A DNA stretch of 64,000 nucleotides, taken from assembly GCA_948944455.1 (NCBI GenBank), contig CARBES010000001.1, forward strand, positions 981 to 64,980, given 5' to 3'. The DNA is from an uncultured Candidatus Saccharibacteria bacterium (GTDB lineage: Bacteria; Patescibacteriota; Saccharimonadia; Saccharimonadales; Saccharimonadaceae). Made by a program: the position numbers and the translations under genes. This document shows, piece by piece, positions 59,265 to 64,000 of the stretch. Within the stretch, counting starts at the first letter, position 1. Each line of letters starts with the position of its first letter. The notes beneath the pieces were generated by a model that was not told the DNA's origin, did no database searches, and saw only the letters and a list, made by a program, of their open reading frames with translations.

Positions 59265-59457
59265 TAATTCTAAAACTATTGAGCAAAAGATTGCCGATCT
59301 CGACGCGTCGGTCGAATGGTTTTATGGCGATGATTTTAATCTCGATGAAGCTCTACCGAAATATCAAGCTGCGGCCGATCTCGCTGTTGCTATCGAAAAA
59401 GATCTTACCGAGCTAAAGAACAAAGTTGAAATTCTAGAGGACTTTACAAAAAGTTAA
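59245..59457 (+). CDS. xseB: Exodeoxyribonuclease VII small subunit
   Basis: 70-aa helical protein overlapping xseA (L+EAL..Y pattern). Confidence 0.8.
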   Translation: MSKNVTNNSKTIEQKIADLDASVEWFYGDDFNLDEALPKYQAAADLAVAIEKDLTELKNKVEILEDFTKS

Positions 59458-59478
59458 TTTTTGAAGTATAATAAGGAT

Positions 59479-60255
59479 ATGCAAGATCAACCTTTGCCTA
59501 ATGGCAGCATCGTCGATCCCGTCGCCACTCAGCCTTTCGGCCCGGCGGCCCCCGGCTCAACGCCGGTGCCCACGGGAGCTCCGCTCTCGTCCGCGCGCAT
59601 GCGCGTGCCGGGCGAAAAAAAGTCCCATGGTAGCATTATCGAGACTGTTATTCTAATTGCGGTAACGATTGTCGCAGTCATTTTCGTATATCTTTATATC
59701 CAGAAATACATTGAATGGGAAAATATTTCCACCGATGTCAACGCGCAGATTGACTCCGCTGTCGCGATGGCTCAAGCTGAGACCGCCACAAAGATGGAAG
59801 AAGAGTTTGCTGAGCGTGAGAAGTACCCATACAAGACTTTTGCCGGCCCGGCCGATTACGGTAGTCTTTCCTTTGAGTACCCGCAGACTTGGAGTGTCTA
59901 TATCGCGCGTGATGCTGCGAACGGCGGTGATTTCGAAGCGTATCTGAACCCGGGCGAGGTTAATCCAGTCAGTTCGAAGACGATCAACGCTTTGCGTGTT
60001 ACGATCCGCGACACCGCATTTGATAGCGCCGTTACTCAATATGATAATTATGTCAAGAACGGCAGTCTTCAATTTAGTACTCGCACGGTTGGCGGTGTTC
60101 TTGCCAATGTCTACACTGGTTCTTTACCAAACGGTATCCAAGGGGCGTTAGCAATATTTAAGCTCCGCGACAAAACTGTTATGCTTCAGACTGACGCTGA
60201 GCTATTTATCGGGGAGTTCTATAAGCTGCTTGATACTGTAACAGTTGTGCCTTAA
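59479..60255 (+). CDS. Hypothetical membrane-anchored protein (PsbP-like extracellular domain)
   Basis: Pro-rich N-terminus, one TM and SFEYPQTWS motif. Confidence 0.7.
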   Translation: MQDQPLPNGSIVDPVATQPFGPAAPGSTPVPTGAPLSSARMRVPGEKKSHGSIIETVILIAVTIVAVIFVYLYIQKYIEWENISTDVNAQIDSAVAMAQAETATKMEEEFAEREKYPYKTFAGPADYGSLSFEYPQTWSVYIARDAANGGDFEAYLNPGEVNPVSSKTINALRVTIRDTAFDSAVTQYDNYVKNGSLQFSTRTVGGVLANVYTGSLPNGIQGALAIFKLRDKTVMLQTDAELFIGEFYKLLDTVTVVP

Positions 60256-60276
60256 GCTTGATATATTCGCAAGGAC

Positions 60277-60357
60277 TCTAAAAAGCGACCGGTTGGTCGC
60301 TTTTTAGAACGTAACCAACAGGCGTGACGTAAAAAATCGACCTGCTGGTCGATTTTT
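60277..60357. terminator. Tandem bidirectional terminators
   Basis: TCTAAAAAGCGACC/GGTCGCTTTTTAGA and AAAAATCGACC/GGTCGATTTTT. Confidence 0.75.
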
Positions 60358-60366
60358 ATCCCTCCG

Positions 60367-62193
60367 CTAAGCTCGTGCTTCGCGCTTTCGCTTCACTGGA
60401 TCAAGCTGGCGCTTGCGTAGACGTAGCGATTTTGGCGTCACTTCGAGCAATTCATCGTCAAGCAAGAAATCGATGCACTGTTCTAGTGAATATTGCGTGT
60501 ACGGCGTGAGCTGAATTGCTCCATCGCTCGCGTGTGTACGCATATTTGTTAACTGCTTTTCCCGACAAACATTGATATCAAGGTCATCTTTCTTATTTGA
60601 TAGCCCAACGATCATCCCCTGATAAACTGGTACGCCGGGAGGGATAAAGAGAATTCCGCGAGCTTGTGCCGCATCTAGTGCATAGGAAGTCGACGTGCCG
60701 GCCTCGAAGGAAATCAGCGCACCGTTCCGCTCTGGCTTGTATTTGCCTTCTACTTGGCGATAGTCAGCCGGCAGGGAAGACATAATCGCCGTGCCTTTGG
60801 TCGCGGTTAATAGATTATTCCGTAGACCAATCAACGCTGCCGTCGTAATATGATAGGTGAAACGCGTGCTACCGCTACTGGTAAGCTCTTGCGACACTAA
60901 TTCTGCTCGACGCACCCCCAACTCTTGCGAGACCGCTCCGACGAATTCTGGCTCCACCTCAATTGTCAATTCTTCGACTGGCTCGCACTTTCGTCCATCA
61001 ATTTCTTTATAAACCACTTCTGGCCGGCCAGTTTCCAGCTCATAGCCTTCACGGCGCATGGTTTCAATCAATACGCTAAGATGTAGCTCGCCGCGTCCAG
61101 ATACCTTGTAACCTAAGCCGTCTGGGACAATCTTTAGGGCAATATTAGTTTCGAGTTCGCGCTCTAAGCGCTCCGCGATTTGTCGCGAAGTGGTAAACTC
61201 ACCTTCTTGGCCTTTCAATGGACTCGTGTTCGGCCCAATATAAATACTCAACGTTGGTGGCTCCAGTTCAATCGTTGGCAAGGCTTCTGGGGCTTCGCCA
61301 GTTGCAATCGTATCACCAATGTTAGCCCGAGCAATACCAGACACCGCTACGATGTCGCCAGCTGTCGCCTCCGGCACTTCTTCGCGCCCGAGGCCTTTAT
61401 ATGTGAAGATATTTTCCACCTTTGCATTGCTGGTTTCAAGCTCACCGGTCTCGACGTTAGTGTGCATAACTTTGACGTTCTCACCCTTCTTTAGCTTGCC
61501 GCGGAAAATTTTCCCGATGGCGTATTTGCCGAGGTAATTATCCGCCGCTAGCGCTGCAACTAATAGCTGTGCGCCCTTCGAGGCATCTTCATCGATCTTT
61601 GGTGCTGGAATATCATTAATAATCGAATCAAAAATCACGTGCAGATCATTATCGAGATCGGTCGTCTTGCCGGCTTTACCGTCGCGTGCGATCGCGTAAT
61701 AAATCGGATAGTTTAATTGTGATTCGTCGCTAGCTAATTCTAGAAACAAATCCGCAATTTCGTCCTTCACCTCGTCGATTCGTGCTGCTGGCTTGTCAAT
61801 TTTGTTAATAATCACTACTGGGCGCAACTTCAAGCTTAGCGCCTTCTGTAATACGAATTTCGTCTGTGGCATTGGTCCTTCCTGTGCATCAACAATCAAA
61901 AGGACACCGTCCGCCATGTTTAGTGTTCGCTCCACCTCACCCGAGAAGTCGGCGTGGCCCGGCGTATCGATAATATTAATTTTGTAGCCGTTATAATCGA
62001 CCGAAGTTTGTTTCGCGGTAATCGTAATACCACGTTCGTGCTCCTGGTCCATCGAGTCCATAATCAAGGTCTGCGACATTTCGGCCTGATTTTCTCGAAA
62101 AGTATGTGACTGCTTCAAAAGTCCGTCCACCAAGGTCGTTTTTCCGTGGTCGACGTGCGCAATAATTGCAACGTTACGAATGTTATCTACCAT
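60367..62193 (-). CDS. typA: Translational GTPase TypA/BipA
   Basis: IAHVDHGKTTLVD, ERGITI, DTPGHADF, GRGELHL, KQLTNMR, LEVTPKSLRLRK. Confidence 0.97.
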   Translation of the reverse strand: MVDNIRNVAIIAHVDHGKTTLVDGLLKQSHTFRENQAEMSQTLIMDSMDQEHERGITITAKQTSVDYNGYKINIIDTPGHADFSGEVERTLNMADGVLLIVDAQEGPMPQTKFVLQKALSLKLRPVVIINKIDKPAARIDEVKDEIADLFLELASDESQLNYPIYYAIARDGKAGKTTDLDNDLHVIFDSIINDIPAPKIDEDASKGAQLLVAALAADNYLGKYAIGKIFRGKLKKGENVKVMHTNVETGELETSNAKVENIFTYKGLGREEVPEATAGDIVAVSGIARANIGDTIATGEAPEALPTIELEPPTLSIYIGPNTSPLKGQEGEFTTSRQIAERLERELETNIALKIVPDGLGYKVSGRGELHLSVLIETMRREGYELETGRPEVVYKEIDGRKCEPVEELTIEVEPEFVGAVSQELGVRRAELVSQELTSSGSTRFTYHITTAALIGLRNNLLTATKGTAIMSSLPADYRQVEGKYKPERNGALISFEAGTSTSYALDAAQARGILFIPPGVPVYQGMIVGLSNKKDDLDINVCREKQLTNMRTHASDGAIQLTPYTQYSLEQCIDFLLDDELLEVTPKSLRLRKRQLDPVKRKREARA

Positions 62194-62232
62194 ATCTTCT
62201 CATTTTATCACAGATTAGTCAAAAAGTCAATA

Positions 62233-63177
62233 TTAGAACACCTGTGGCCGGCGCTGTTTGCGCTGTCGTCCGCGTACGATTAGCCAAAATGTTCCCATGG
62301 TGAAAAAAACAATTATCCCAATCGGTAGCCAAGTTGGACAGATAAAGACGACTTCCTCGGTCTCAAACTCCTCGTCGAGGAAAGTTATCTTCTGCCGCAC
62401 CCGAAACAGACCTAGCTTCGGTGCCTCTTCCCAAGTCAGCGTGCTCGTGCGCGAGGTTCCAGGAAGAACCGTAAGCTGTTGTGCCGCGATTGGTTCACCG
62501 TTCTCGCCCAGTGAATCCGGCGTTACTACCTCTTGACCGTTAAAAAAGTTCAAAATCGTCATCATCTGACGCATTTTGAAATCAACGTTACCGGTATTCT
62601 CGACTTTAGCCGTCAGCTCAAGGGGCTTATCGAATAAAGTAGTTGGCAAGGAATGCTCTACCAATGCCCCCTCTTTGCGTTCTTCGCCGCCAATCACATG
62701 GCCATAGATTAGCGACGCCACCTGAGTTACGACCTTAATCGTTGCGCCCTCGTCAACGCTGTCGGTCGTCCGAATCATGATCGCAGCATATTGACCACCA
62801 CCTGGGATATCCTCTGGCACATCGATTGTGAAGGGGACCTCAAACGACTCGCCAGACTCAATATGAAATTTAGTCCCCTCTGGAAACTTAACCCAGTTAT
62901 GCAACCGCGTCGAAGAGTCAATCGTGGTGAAATCCGGGTCATAATTATCGTTTGTCACTCGGAAAGGTGAGGCCGAAACTTCAAAATTAAATCCCAAGCG
63001 CCCGTTGTTTGTTACCTTTACGACTCCGTTATAGGATTGTCCTGGTTCGATATCAAAATCCTGTTCCGATGGTCGTACCGAAACGACAACGTCGCCCGCT
63101 TGGAGCGCAGCGACCGGCGTTGTCAAAAATAATGGAGCGACCGACAAAGACAGGAGAACAGCGATAAATTTCTTCAT
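62233..63177 (-). CDS. DUF916/DUF3324-like surface protein (paralog of 19238-20161)
   Basis: Signal peptide, IDVPEDIPGGGQYAAI, VENTGNVD, WEEAPKLGLFRVRQ, FICP.W and C-terminal TM. Confidence 0.65.
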   Translation of the reverse strand: MKKFIAVLLSLSVAPLFLTTPVAALQAGDVVVSVRPSEQDFDIEPGQSYNGVVKVTNNGRLGFNFEVSASPFRVTNDNYDPDFTTIDSSTRLHNWVKFPEGTKFHIESGESFEVPFTIDVPEDIPGGGQYAAIMIRTTDSVDEGATIKVVTQVASLIYGHVIGGEERKEGALVEHSLPTTLFDKPLELTAKVENTGNVDFKMRQMMTILNFFNGQEVVTPDSLGENGEPIAAQQLTVLPGTSRTSTLTWEEAPKLGLFRVRQKITFLDEEFETEEVVFICPTWLPIGIIVFFTMGTFWLIVRGRQRKQRRPQVF

Positions 63178-63234
63178 ATTTTCTATTTTACCACAAACTC
63201 TATGCTTTGCGCATCCGAGCCGGGCAAAATAGAA

Positions 63235-63921
63235 CTAGTTTGCAGCCGTAGCGGTGACGACTACTGTAGCCTGATAGATGCCGGAAGGCAAATTCGGGCT
63301 TGCCGCGATACCAACCGTAAAATCGTGCGAAGCTGAAACTGGTGCTGTAGTTGTGCTCGTGAAGTAAGTAACTGGATCTGGAGTGATAGCAGAATAAGTG
63401 CCTTCACCTTCGGTGGTGCCGCTAGTCTTAATCCCCCAGCCCGCAGTTCCGCCAACTAGGTTGTTACTTGCTGGAATTAGACCATTTTCGTTCGTCTCGT
63501 GTTGCATAGAGGTCATCCCGTGATCGGCGCTAAGTGCGAGCGAATATTTGGTATTCGCAGTAACGCTAGCCGTGATTTTGCCTTCACGAATTACGGTTGG
63601 CGAAAGCACAATTGGGCCTGCGCTACCCTCAACTCCTGGCGCCGCCAAAGCATCAATCGTAATTGTTGGCTGGACGTTGAAAGCAACTTCCATACCTCGG
63701 CTACATGGCACGGTTACCGGAGTACCGTCATTGCTCAGATTGTCATCGTAACAGTGCGTGTATCCCACGCCAGTTTCCGTCTGAACGTCTCTCGTCGTTC
63801 CGGCCGTACCTTCTTCGGTAATGATTGCCGCGTGCGTCGCAAGTGGCGTCATCGCTACTGCCGCACCGAGAACCAAACCAGTCCCCACGAAAAGTTTTTT
63901 CGCAACACTTTCCAAGTTCAT
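63235..63921 (-). CDS. Secreted WxL-like cell-surface protein (analog of 18407-19135)
   Basis: AGGAG RBS, signal peptide (THA/A), GWG motif and C-terminal SGIYQATVVVTA. Confidence 0.62.
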   Translation of the reverse strand: MNLESVAKKLFVGTGLVLGAAVAMTPLATHAAIITEEGTAGTTRDVQTETGVGYTHCYDDNLSNDGTPVTVPCSRGMEVAFNVQPTITIDALAAPGVEGSAGPIVLSPTVIREGKITASVTANTKYSLALSADHGMTSMQHETNENGLIPASNNLVGGTAGWGIKTSGTTEGEGTYSAITPDPVTYFTSTTTAPVSASHDFTVGIAASPNLPSGIYQATVVVTATAAN

Positions 63922-64000
63922 TTTTGTTTTGCTCCTATTTTTGTATTATCAAAATAATACTTGTTTATTTTTATAAATACATGACTTTTATGTCTCTATA

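Noticed and set aside
561..63957. Numerous short antisense or alternate-frame ORFs within housekeeping genes (e.g. 5786-6253, 14464-14958, 38830-39474, 54796-55278)
   Set aside because: Shadow ORFs of well-supported genes, with no recognisable motifs or expression signals.
1..64000. Alternative genetic code (code 25 as in Gracilibacteria/Absconditabacteria)
   Set aside because: Conserved genes are full length under code 11, and TGA terminates some ORFs (e.g. 3908, 7356, 58051).

Overview
Chromosomal window from a small-genome bacterium using genetic code 11. Gene content and style point to Candidatus Saccharibacteria (Patescibacteria/CPR); this is inferred from the short AlaRS, HhH-less UvrC, alpha2 GlyRS, Saccharibacteria-type pilin and many apparently leaderless genes. 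The backbone is housekeeping: uvrC, secG, aspS, murC, sbcB, uvrA, rplY, cysteine desulfurase, mnmA, apt, alaS, glyS, pcrA, rsmA, metG, pheST, trxB, rpmA, xseAB and typA, mixed with surface or secreted proteins and ORFans. The standout feature is a dispersed library of seven start-less, stop-free, hypervariable coding cassettes at four intergenic loci (~7.7, 18.0, 23.1 and 38.1 kb). Each cassette is bracketed by the same two conserved DNA boxes, encoding FVRSG and LRCLAIE*, and resembles the C-terminal variable end of a FISUMP/C-type-lectin-like domain. Three loci are divergent cassette pairs forming nested inverted repeats. This looks like a silent-cassette diversification (antigenic-variation-like) system whose expression locus and enzyme lie outside the window. 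Secondary signals are palindromic in-frame insertions in uvrA, mnmA, pcrA and trxB, a G9 frameshift tract at the head of a large surface-protein operon, a PfkB-like/class I aldolase fusion, two WxL-like/DUF916-like gene pairs and widespread leaderless gene architecture. No rRNA, tRNA, CRISPR array, integrase, transposase or reverse transcriptase was recognised.
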